From positions 240,001 through 272,000 of the forward strand of contig JBJLBP010000001.1 of NCBI GenBank assembly GCA_045568075.1: DNA of 32,000 nucleotides, written 5' to 3'. The notes under the pieces were generated by a model. The model ran no database searches. It saw only the letters and a program-made list of their open reading frames with translations, and had not been told where the DNA came from. This DNA comes from Candidatus Thalassarchaeaceae archaeon (GTDB taxonomy: Archaea; Thermoplasmatota; Poseidoniia; Poseidoniales; Thalassarchaeaceae). The translations under genes and the position numbers were made by a program. Shown one piece after another: positions 24,798 to 32,000 of this stretch (the stretch's first letter is position 1; the number at the start of each line of letters is the position of its first letter).

Positions 24798-27700
24798 TCA
24801 TAATACTTGTTTTGGCCGACTAACGTGTCTATTCAATTGCTGAGCAGTCCAAATCGCCCCAAATCCGAAGCTATCATGCAACGCGCGCGCTATTAGCATG
24901 AAATCAGAATCGCGTGTTGCTACCAGCACGCAGCCAACATCTGGGATGGTTGAGGCTGCGTGAACAGCAGAATCTCGCATTATATCGAGATCACCCAACT
25001 CCGGGTAAATCTCATGGCCATCGATCACACTGCGAGGAGGCGGATCATCTCGGGCCAATTGCTTAGCCTCAGAGATCTTCTCGTAAATTGCAGAATGCCT
25101 AACCAAGAAAGAGTCGAGATCGACGGCGTCCTTCTCTTCAGCATCAACCTCGGCCCTGAACGATCCGAAGGTCCTCAGAACCGATTGTACCCGCTCCTGT
25201 AACAGTTCAGGGCTAACCGTATCATCCCAGGATTTGCGATCGACATATACATCGTTGAACAGAGCCAGAGCAACCTTGGGATTTCGAGTACGGTTGAGGA
25301 ATTCACCTTGTGCCGAGGAAGGGATGCAGAGGTGAACACGGCCTTCCTTTGCCCTACGCTTGAGCATCCAAACAAAGGCCCTCTCAACAGTCCAGTCGAA
25401 AGTACCGAAGCTATCTTGTGAAATTTGACTGAGCAGGTCATCCTTCAGTGCGTCGATGAGGATATTCGTGTCGACGAGCACCAATGGCCTTAGCGCGAGG
25501 TGGTTGAGAGAACTTCTCTGACGTACTGGAATCGTGCGACTGTGGCGGCGGAATAGGGCCTTTTGTGAGCGGACAAGAGTCTGAATTTGCCGCAAATCAA
25601 AATTGCCTGATTGAATCGCAGTTTCGAACATTCTAAGACCGCGAATTGTAGATATTTCAGCAACTTCCTCTGCGATGAGAGTGATCTCGAGAACGTCCTT
25701 TCGTTCATTGAGTTCGAGCAAGAATCTACCTTCCAATTCGCTTCTCCTACTACTCTCCCTTCGGCGCATCATCATCTGCGCTGCGAGCACTCTTCCACGG
25801 AATGGGTCTTCCGGTAGTCTATGTTCAGAGGCATAACGCAGCGCCCGATCGAGAACTTCGAGTCGGCGCTTCACAGCTTCTCTGTCGATACCATCTATCT
25901 CTGGGTCCCCTGGTTCTCGCTCGGTGGTGTATTCGATGATGCGTTGGGTGGCGACTTCGTTTCTTCCTGCGACCGCGTCGGCACAGGTGCGCAGATACAA
26001 TTGGAATCTCGAAGTCACCGATGCGATCAATTCTGGGTGATGATCGATCAGGTTGACAGCCTCTTTCCATCCTCCCGCATGAGCGAATTCGATGAGTGAT
26101 TTTCGAAGTAGTAGTGCAGAGCGTTCGAAGTCGTCCCGAACCTTCATCGCCGCATCGCGGAAGGAACGAGCCGCGTTGATACGATCATCCTTCGAACGGG
26201 CGATGGTGGCTCTGACTGTTTGATGCTCGGCAGAGCCATTGTCGTGCTGTCTGTACCACATCTCAAGCTCAGGTATCGCAGCATCGTGCTCGATTACAAG
26301 ATCGGTGGCAAAGCGAATGCTACGCATCGCCACTTCGTTATCCAAGCATAGCGTACCTAGAGCAGCCAGAGCGGAATCGCTCCGTTCTTCTATTCCACTC
26401 TGCAAATCCATCGTCGCTCGATTCAACCGAAGCGCGTTGACTAGGGCTGTGAATAGGCTGCGCTCAAGATATGTCAGTTGAGCATTCATCACAGTCACTT
26501 CTAGAGTTTCGATTCGGTTCTCTCGGACCAATCCATCTCCTTCCGCAGAGAGAGCTCGACGGACTTCATTGAGAGCGAGCACGCCGTCGGAATCCAACTT
26601 GTCGTGAACAGCATCCATTCCAGATGAAATGCCGCTCAGTAATGCGATTAGTGAAGATGCCGCGCTGGTCAAAACCTCATCCTCATCAGTATCCGCCAGA
26701 GCGAGTATTGCTCGCCTGCGCATGATTTCGAGATCCTCGAGCACCGTCACAGCTTGTGAAGCAGCGATTAGATGCCAGACGAGAAGAGCTCGGTGAGGGA
26801 ATTGCGAAGCGAGCTCTGTGTGCGCGAGGAATTCTCGGCTGAGGCCACCAACATCGGCTGAGAGTGTGTGAATATCGAGAACCTCTTCCTCGATTCCAAG
26901 TTCCTTGGTCGAGAGGATATTTGCGGCTCGTTTCCTGATGTTCAGAGGAGCTGCGTCATCGCGCATAACAGTGAGAACGACTTCATCGGAGGCCTTCTCC
27001 ATCGCCTTGACGATTCTATCGACCAATCCACCTTCGTCAATCTGATTGATTAGACTCAGAGCAGTGCGCATCTGTGACTCTCCATCGATATCCAAACCAT
27101 CGAGCATCCCTGATGCTTCGTCGGAACGTCCGGCTCCAACTAAGCCCTCGATGACGCTCCAACGGAGAGAGTCGGGAGCGGAAAGACCCGCTTCATTGAG
27201 TATTTGCAACCCACCCATCAAGAAATCGACCTCACTGTCCTCATCCACCTCGAATTTCTTCCAAGCTTCAAGGCGAATCGCCGACGAAAGTGCATTTTCA
27301 CCATCTTTGGTAACGCCATCCCGCCACTCACCTCCATCTCCTACTCTCAGTGAGAGAAGTTGAGATTGAGCCGAGGCAATCTCAGCAATATGCTCGGAAT
27401 CGATTGCCGCGAAGAGCGAAATTGCCTCTGTATCTTCACTTGCTGCGAGCAGCATTGCTTCCAAAACCGCCGCATCACCACCCAATCCGCGAAGAGCGGG
27501 ATCCATCCAAGCCTTCCACTTCCGCGGTCGTGCTCTACCTGAACGAAGGTCGCGGATGATTTGCTGCATCGCTGAAGCCTGGTGAATATCGAGGTTTAGT
27601 GTAGAGGCATCCAACCACTCGAGCAAGGAATCACGGTCCATTGGATCGAAGTCAGCACGGATGACCCATTCATGAGAATCGACAGATACAGTATCTTCCT

Positions 27701-28181
27701 CTGAGATGGGAAATCGGCCTAATTCTGCAAGAATAGGGGCTTCTCGAGCCATTCTTTCCCAAACGGGATGAACGCCCGATTCGCATTCGACACGGAGGGT
27801 AGTGGCCTCTTCATCCCACTCACTCTTCCACGAGTCCCCCATCTTCTGCTTCTGAGCAATCAAGACAGCGAGTCGATAGGCGGGGGATTCCTTCGAACCG
27901 ATTACCGTTCGAGGAGTTTCTAATCGATCCCTTGCACTGGTTCCACCACTACGGCCACCTCTTCGTCCAATTCGTCGAGATCCTCTTGCCGGGCGAGTAT
28001 CAGAAGCATCGGGATCGGCTGATTCAGGAGCCGTCTTGTCAGCAGCAAGCAAAGCCAAAGCTTTCCATTCTCGGCTCAGAAGACCCCACGCCTTTGGGCG
28101 TCTGACCTCCAGTTTTCTCCTACCCGGATCGTCGCCTGCTCGCTGCAGTTGTTCGACGCAATCGAGCAGGTAATCCTCCAA
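24798..28181 (-). CDS. Large orphan protein: N-terminal Arg/Gly-rich tract, long alpha-helical scaffold, C-terminal PIN-domain nuclease
   Basis: 1127-aa ORF. TTG start preceded by GGAGTGAT. RGG-like tract RPARGSRRIGRRGGRSGGTSARDR. PIN signature in the last ~230 aa: LVLVDTNILIDAL, SSAQGEF, GDLDIMRDSAVHAAS and VLVATRDSDFMLIA. No NTPase motif seen. Confidence 0.75.
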   Translation of the reverse strand: MEDYLLDCVEQLQRAGDDPGRRKLEVRRPKAWGLLSREWKALALLAADKTAPESADPDASDTRPARGSRRIGRRGGRSGGTSARDRLETPRTVIGSKESPAYRLAVLIAQKQKMGDSWKSEWDEEATTLRVECESGVHPVWERMAREAPILAELGRFPISEEDTVSVDSHEWVIRADFDPMDRDSLLEWLDASTLNLDIHQASAMQQIIRDLRSGRARPRKWKAWMDPALRGLGGDAAVLEAMLLAASEDTEAISLFAAIDSEHIAEIASAQSQLLSLRVGDGGEWRDGVTKDGENALSSAIRLEAWKKFEVDEDSEVDFLMGGLQILNEAGLSAPDSLRWSVIEGLVGAGRSDEASGMLDGLDIDGESQMRTALSLINQIDEGGLVDRIVKAMEKASDEVVLTVMRDDAAPLNIRKRAANILSTKELGIEEEVLDIHTLSADVGGLSREFLAHTELASQFPHRALLVWHLIAASQAVTVLEDLEIMRRRAILALADTDEDEVLTSAASSLIALLSGISSGMDAVHDKLDSDGVLALNEVRRALSAEGDGLVRENRIETLEVTVMNAQLTYLERSLFTALVNALRLNRATMDLQSGIEERSDSALAALGTLCLDNEVAMRSIRFATDLVIEHDAAIPELEMWYRQHDNGSAEHQTVRATIARSKDDRINAARSFRDAAMKVRDDFERSALLLRKSLIEFAHAGGWKEAVNLIDHHPELIASVTSRFQLYLRTCADAVAGRNEVATQRIIEYTTEREPGDPEIDGIDREAVKRRLEVLDRALRYASEHRLPEDPFRGRVLAAQMMMRRRESSRRSELEGRFLLELNERKDVLEITLIAEEVAEISTIRGLRMFETAIQSGNFDLRQIQTLVRSQKALFRRHSRTIPVRQRSSLNHLALRPLVLVDTNILIDALKDDLLSQISQDSFGTFDWTVERAFVWMLKRRAKEGRVHLCIPSSAQGEFLNRTRNPKVALALFNDVYVDRKSWDDTVSPELLQERVQSVLRTFGSFRAEVDAEEKDAVDLDSFLVRHSAIYEKISEAKQLARDDPPPRSVIDGHEIYPELGDLDIMRDSAVHAASTIPDVGCVLVATRDSDFMLIARALHDSFGFGAIWTAQQLNRHVSRPKQVL

Positions 28182-28233
28182 TCCAAATCACTCCGGTGAG
28201 CCTTTCGCCCCTTCCCTCCATACATCAACACAT

Positions 28234-28252
28234 CGCCTTGCTAAGCAAGGCG
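28234..28252. promoter_or_regulatory. Perfect palindrome CGCCTTGC-TAA-GCAAGGCG in the divergent promoter region
   Basis: 8-bp arms read directly from the sequence. It sits in the 98-bp spacer between the PIN-protein start (28181) and the membrane-protein start (28280). Confidence 0.4.
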
Positions 28253-28279
28253 TGAAAGAGAGAACTCAAGACCTCCGTA

Positions 28280-28768
28280 ATGCAGCGACGACTCGTGGAC
28301 CCAACACAGGTGTTCGTTCTACTACTCCACCCCTTCGCGGCACTGCTCGTCATTCGAGAGTTTGTCCGGCAGCGCGATTGGCGCAAACAGAGCATCGCAC
28401 TGAAGGGCGCTGAGAGGGCTGCTGCGCTTGAGCGCCACGAGACTGAGGGGGGGCGACTTTTTCGCCTAGTTATTGCCGTCATCAGCCTCGCCTTCTTGGC
28501 TCGTATCGCATCGGATGTTCTGGTTGGTGAAGAACTTGGAATCGAGACCTTGATCCCTGGCCATTTCCATGGTTGGGGTGGTTTACTTGGGCTTGGGTTG
28601 ATGACATATTTGTGGAGTCTTGGGCGCAAGACCAGCGCGAAGAAGGCTGCTGGTGAATCATTCGCACGTGTGAAGGATTTGCACGGTAGGTTATCGGATG
28701 TTATGATGGGGCTAATCCTCATTCACGCCTTCCTCGGTTTCCTCTACCTGCTACAACTCATCGGATGA
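28280..28768 (+). CDS. Small integral membrane protein (about four TM helices, several conserved-looking His)
   Basis: 162 aa with hydrophobic spans VFVLLLHPFAALLVI, LFRLVIAVISLAFLARIASDVLV, WGGLLGLGLMTYLWSL and VMMGLILIHAFLGFLYLLQLI. The competing minus-strand ORF 28225-28722 is Ser/Arg/Pro-rich, which looks like antisense noise. Confidence 0.55.
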   Translation: MQRRLVDPTQVFVLLLHPFAALLVIREFVRQRDWRKQSIALKGAERAAALERHETEGGRLFRLVIAVISLAFLARIASDVLVGEELGIETLIPGHFHGWGGLLGLGLMTYLWSLGRKTSAKKAAGESFARVKDLHGRLSDVMMGLILIHAFLGFLYLLQLIG

Positions 28769-28786
28769 GCCGGTGGGATGGATCGC

Positions 28787-29785
28787 TCATCGCTGAGCCC
28801 ACATCGACAACCATTCTGTAAGATTCTCTGCAATGTCTCTGTGCTCTACTCCGCGCTCAACCCTCTCGCCCGAATCGAGTGGTTGGATGCGGCAACCGCA
28901 GGCATTTGCATGCCCGCCACCATCAGGGTCGAATCGGGTTGCGAGGCGGGTCAAATCGTAGATTCCTCCGCCTCGATGTAGGAATGAATTGGTGTAAAAA
29001 GAGGCTGAGACAGGATATCGATCTTCCTCGCCAAAGCTTGCTCCAACATCTCCGTGAACAACAAGACAGGCATCGCAAGCCTCGCCAGCGAGCGCGGTGA
29101 CGCGGTACCCGTTTGAGCGCACGCCCATATCTTCCAATCGCACCACTGCGAGCCTATCGATGATTTCCAAGCGCTCGCGTATCAATTCATCCGCACGCGC
29201 ATAACGCTCCCCCTTAGCCACCATCACGGGGGCGATTCGTTCCGACGCAAGAATATCCTCAGCCGACTCGCCCCGAGTTAGTGCCTCCAGAATTGCCAGC
29301 GCTACCTCATCATCGCCACCGATTACACGGCCCAACCAGACAACTGGGTGATCTGAGAGGTACTCATCCTTGGTTACAGCACCACCATCCAATTTGTCGA
29401 CCCATTCCATAAGTGCCGCGAGATCGCTAACATCGGCGACCTCACCGACCAAATCGAAAGCGATCCGCGCCGCAGAAAGCGTCGGTCTCCAAACGATGAC
29501 CATCTCTTCGTCGATTTCCGTACCATCATCAGTATTATCCGGAGCATTCGATTGATGATGGTCAATACTCAATCCACATGCCGGATGCCGCGGCAAATCA
29601 CACACAGCAGTCTGCCGATCGATATGCTCGTCGAGCATTCCCGCGCGGAGCGCGCCGGGATGTCCAAACACAATCTCCGCTTCGGGCCACCAACGTCGCA
29701 AAATGGCTCCTGTTACTACACCGTCAAGGTCCGAATCCGTCACAATTCGACGGATGTCGAGGGAGAGTGCGCGGTGAGTCATCAT
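28787..29785 (-). CDS. DHH/DHHA1-superfamily phosphoesterase (NrnB / COG2404-like nanoRNase or cyclic/linear dinucleotide phosphodiesterase)
   Basis: Motifs VTDSDLDG (DxD), SIDHHQSN (DHH) and DPDGGGHANACG (the DHHA1 GGGH). The start is ambiguous: TTG at 29848 (the track's start), ATG at 29812 (GGAG about 9 nt upstream) or ATGATG at 29785. I list the shortest form. Confidence 0.85.
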   Translation of the reverse strand: MMTHRALSLDIRRIVTDSDLDGVVTGAILRRWWPEAEIVFGHPGALRAGMLDEHIDRQTAVCDLPRHPACGLSIDHHQSNAPDNTDDGTEIDEEMVIVWRPTLSAARIAFDLVGEVADVSDLAALMEWVDKLDGGAVTKDEYLSDHPVVWLGRVIGGDDEVALAILEALTRGESAEDILASERIAPVMVAKGERYARADELIRERLEIIDRLAVVRLEDMGVRSNGYRVTALAGEACDACLVVHGDVGASFGEEDRYPVSASFYTNSFLHRGGGIYDLTRLATRFDPDGGGHANACGCRIQPLDSGERVERGVEHRDIAENLTEWLSMWAQR

Positions 29786-29877
29786 GCGACTGCGCCGCGC
29801 CCCCCCTATCATCTGTTTGCAATCTCCAACTTCACCACCATGCCCCAAATAATCGATGTTCTAAGGTGGAATTTAGC

Positions 29878-29885
29878 AATTATAC
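29878..29885. promoter_or_regulatory. AT-rich TATA-like element AATTATAC in the DHH/Nudix divergent spacer
   Basis: It is the only AT-rich octamer in the spacer. Its centre lies about 39 nt upstream of the Nudix ATG (29920) and about 33 nt from the TTG at 29848 on the other strand. Confidence 0.3.
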
Positions 29886-29919
29886 AGTTGACGCGAGAAG
29901 GAGAATCGACATATGCAAG

Positions 29920-30348
29920 ATGCCTATCGCAGACCCTATGGAGACGTCTTGCGGCTTCGTGCTAGTCAATTACGATAGTATTCTATTGCTACAATATCCT
30001 CAGGGCCACTGGTCATATCCGAAGGGGCACGTTGAGGGTGATGAGGATCATCATACAACCGCTCGCCGCGAATTGTTGGAGGAGACCGGAATCAACGATA
30101 TCGTAATCGACAGCGGTTGGCGCCAACGCACTGAATATTCATTCTATCACAAAGGGCGGCAAATCGACAAAGAGGTGTATTGGTACATCGCCACAACGAA
30201 TCAGTTGAATGTGACTATCTCACATGAGCATACGAACTATCTTTGGTTGAATTTCGATGAGGCCGAGACTCAGCTGACCTTCGATCAAGAGAAGGCTCTA
30301 CTGCGTGACGCCCGCACATATTTGGCTGCGAGCGGGGCAACTGTTTGA
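29920..30348 (+). CDS. Nudix hydrolase, NUDT2/Ap4A-hydrolase-like
   Basis: Perfect Nudix box GHVEGDEDHHTTARRELLEETGI (G-x5-E-x7-REUXEEXGU). SCGFVLVNYDSILLLQYPQGHWSYPKGH parallels the human NUDT2 N-terminus. The track ORF start at 29578 is an antisense extension into the DHH gene. In-frame ATGs lie at 29920 and 29938. Confidence 0.85.
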   Translation: MPIADPMETSCGFVLVNYDSILLLQYPQGHWSYPKGHVEGDEDHHTTARRELLEETGINDIVIDSGWRQRTEYSFYHKGRQIDKEVYWYIATTNQLNVTISHEHTNYLWLNFDEAETQLTFDQEKALLRDARTYLAASGATV

Positions 30349-30375
30349 GACGTAATCCGCGCGCGAGAACGGTTT

Positions 30376-30993
30376 TCAGTCGCGCTTGCCAAGTGGGGTC
30401 CAGAGGGATTCCTCATCGCCCATCTTGGCTGTAATCCATCGGCCAAGGACGAAGCAATGGTCAGAGAGTCTGTTGAGGTAACTTATGACTTCAGGTCGAA
30501 CTTCATCGCGCATCGCACAGGCTTCACGTTCTGCCCTGCGAACAACCGTTCTCGCTATGTGTAAATGTGCCACTGAGGGACTGCCAGTAGGGAGAATGAA
30601 TGATGATAAAGGCTCGAGATCTTCGAGCATTGAGTTCATTTCTGCCACAAGCCTCTCGCCCTCTTCGGTGCCGATTATCGACATCTGTTCCGGTATTCCT
30701 CCGGGCGGGCAGGCGCACTCAGCACCGACATCGAAGAGTTCCTGCTGGATACGTAACAGCATCTCATCCGCTTGAGTGTAGATGGGGACAATTGCAGCCA
30801 TGAATCCACCATCTGGAGAATGCGTCGGCGCTCTGTCGAGTTCCATTCGGACTACCCCGATCGCCGCATTCGCTTCATCGATGGCACCGTAGATTGCAAC
30901 ACGGGGGTGTTCCTTACCGACACGCGTACCATCGACCAGCGATGTGTCGCCACCATCACCTCCGCCGGTGTGAACCTTGGTTATCCGGACCAT
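30376..30993 (-). CDS. pduO: ATP:cob(I)alamin adenosyltransferase, PduO/MMAB type
   Basis: 205 aa. ITKVHTGGGDGGDTSLVDGTRVGKEHPRVAIYGAIDEANAAIG matches the PduO-type N-terminal ATP-binding motif. The remainder is consistent with the family's helical bundle. Confidence 0.88.
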   Translation of the reverse strand: MVRITKVHTGGGDGGDTSLVDGTRVGKEHPRVAIYGAIDEANAAIGVVRMELDRAPTHSPDGGFMAAIVPIYTQADEMLLRIQQELFDVGAECACPPGGIPEQMSIIGTEEGERLVAEMNSMLEDLEPLSSFILPTGSPSVAHLHIARTVVRRAEREACAMRDEVRPEVISYLNRLSDHCFVLGRWITAKMGDEESLWTPLGKRD

Positions 30994-31023
30994 GTTCCTA
31001 ACTCCCGAATGGCCTCACCGTTT

Positions 31024-31779
31024 TCAATCGTCCCCGCCGGCAATAGGGCTTCTAGAAGATGCGTTAAGATTCTCTAGGGAGGTATTTATCGCATCTGTCC
31101 AAGCGCTGTCGACAGACTCCCAGCCGCCGATTGCTTTGAGTTCGGCAACATGCTCCTTGTGAGATGGTTGGTCATCGAGATGTTGGTGAATTAATGCAAG
31201 TGCGGAGTGACTCATGGCGTTCAACCACTGATCATCCATATCCCAAGATCGCTCAAAGTGGGAAATCGCTCCACGCGGTCCGCGCAGAAGTCCTCGTTCG
31301 ACTTGCCGAAGGCCAGATTTCGACCAAGTGATACCTTGCACGCCGACAACCAGTCCTCGGAATGCTAGGTAAATTTCGAGGAGGATTACTATCGAAGCGG
31401 CGCCGAACGAGATGATTTGGTATGTTGGATCCATACCAGCCCACCCTTCGGTCATCAGGCTCATTGTTCCAACGCAAAGCAGAACGCCGCCGAAGGGTGC
31501 GACCAACACATCTCGTTCGGTTTCAACCATATGCCTAACTCCGTAGACCACCGCTAGCCCTCCAAATACTGCGGCGACAACTGCCGGAGCGAGAATCGTT
31601 GTTTCCCTCGGTGCACTCCGGCTGATTAGGAAGACTAGTCCCAATCCCAAACTGAGCCAGCCGAAGCGGCTACCATACTCGGGAAATGGCTGGTGCCGTG
31701 AGTAGTAAATCGATACCGCACCAATCGCTAAAAAGAGTAAAATCCATGCATCCAGAAGTGGCATATCCGAGCTACTCAT
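31024..31779 (-). CDS. Hypothetical membrane protein (about 5 TM helices plus a soluble C-terminal domain)
   Basis: 251-aa ORF with hydrophobic spans in its first ~150 aa. Its ATG overlaps the upstream gene's stop (ATGA at 31776-31779). Confidence 0.6.
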   Translation of the reverse strand: MSSSDMPLLDAWILLFLAIGAVSIYYSRHQPFPEYGSRFGWLSLGLGLVFLISRSAPRETTILAPAVVAAVFGGLAVVYGVRHMVETERDVLVAPFGGVLLCVGTMSLMTEGWAGMDPTYQIISFGAASIVILLEIYLAFRGLVVGVQGITWSKSGLRQVERGLLRGPRGAISHFERSWDMDDQWLNAMSHSALALIHQHLDDQPSHKEHVAELKAIGGWESVDSAWTDAINTSLENLNASSRSPIAGGDD

Positions 31780-32000
31780 TCGACTTCACCTCGCGGCTCG
31801 TCGCGCCACCCCGGCTTCCAGAAATTATCGTCATCGAGCCACTTCAACCACTCGTCATCTGTGGCTCGTAACAGGCGTAGTGCGCGCCTGTCAAGTCCAT
31901 CACGCAGTGCATCATCGACATCTCCCTCGGAGTGTGAATCAGTCCATTCGATTTGCATCTGTCGCACGAGCCTGCGTCCTTCCTCAGGATTGTCGAAATT
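31776..32000 (-). CDS. Hypothetical acidic protein, probably 5'-truncated by the window edge
   Basis: The track gives a GTG start at 31967, but the frame stays open to position 32000 (NFDNPEEGRRL upstream). It overlaps the downstream membrane-protein gene by 4 nt, which suggests translational coupling. Confidence 0.4.
   Translation of the reverse strand, partial: NFDNPEEGRRLVRQMQIEWTDSHSEGDVDDALRDGLDRRALRLLRATDDEWLKWLDDDNFWKPGWRDEPRGEVE

Noticed and set aside
28225-28722. 165-aa minus-strand ORF competing with the 162-aa + strand ORF
   Set aside because: The minus-strand product is Ser/Arg/Pro-rich with no hydrophobic core. The + strand product has four clean TM helices. The minus ORF would also swallow the palindrome in the promoter region.
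29578-29919. Upstream 114-codon extension of the Nudix ORF in the track
   Set aside because: It is antisense to the DHH gene and has an Arg/Pro-rich composition. The Nudix fold begins near the ATG at 29920.

Overview
The window reads as a compact archaeal chromosome segment. TFB and topoisomerase VI are present, many genes use GGAGGTGA-like Shine-Dalgarno sites, and one protein carries a PGF-CTERM sorting signal. This fits a marine Euryarchaeota (group II / Poseidoniales-like) genome, but that placement is from memory and cannot be verified here. GC content looks moderate by eye and was not computed. About 25 genes are packed tightly, with several 4-nt start/stop overlaps and convergent stops 1-27 bp apart.

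Left third (housekeeping):
- top6B, partial, and missing from the ORF track
- a domain-permuted aconitase-family enzyme
- tfb, followed by an all-helical hypothetical protein
- a long class II B12-dependent ribonucleotide reductase
- an OsmC-like protein
- icd
- a DEAD-box helicase with an RGG tail

Middle:
- a secreted protein with four FAS1 domains, a cupredoxin domain and a PGF-CTERM, containing near-identical internal repeats
- a 407-bp structured intergenic region
- a seven-gene bacterial-type fatty-acid beta-oxidation operon: thiolase, HADH/ECH fusion, long ACAD, membrane-anchored alpha/beta hydrolase, ACBP, hotdog thioesterase-like protein and an NMO/FabK-like oxidoreductase. A duplicated 15-nt motif sits around its TATA box.

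Right third:
- an orphan 1127-aa protein with an RGG-like tract, a long helical scaffold and a C-terminal PIN nuclease
- a small 4-TM protein
- a divergent pair of a DHH/DHHA1 phosphoesterase and an NUDT2-like Nudix hydrolase
- a PduO-type cobalamin adenosyltransferase
- two translationally coupled hypothetical genes

No rRNA, tRNA, CRISPR array or mobile element was seen.

The best candidates for something undescribed are:
1. the giant PIN protein and its RNA/nucleotide-turnover neighbourhood
2. the FAS1-cupredoxin surface protein
3. the ACBP-containing archaeal beta-oxidation operon with its putative operator

All functional calls rest on motif recognition by eye. No database search was run.
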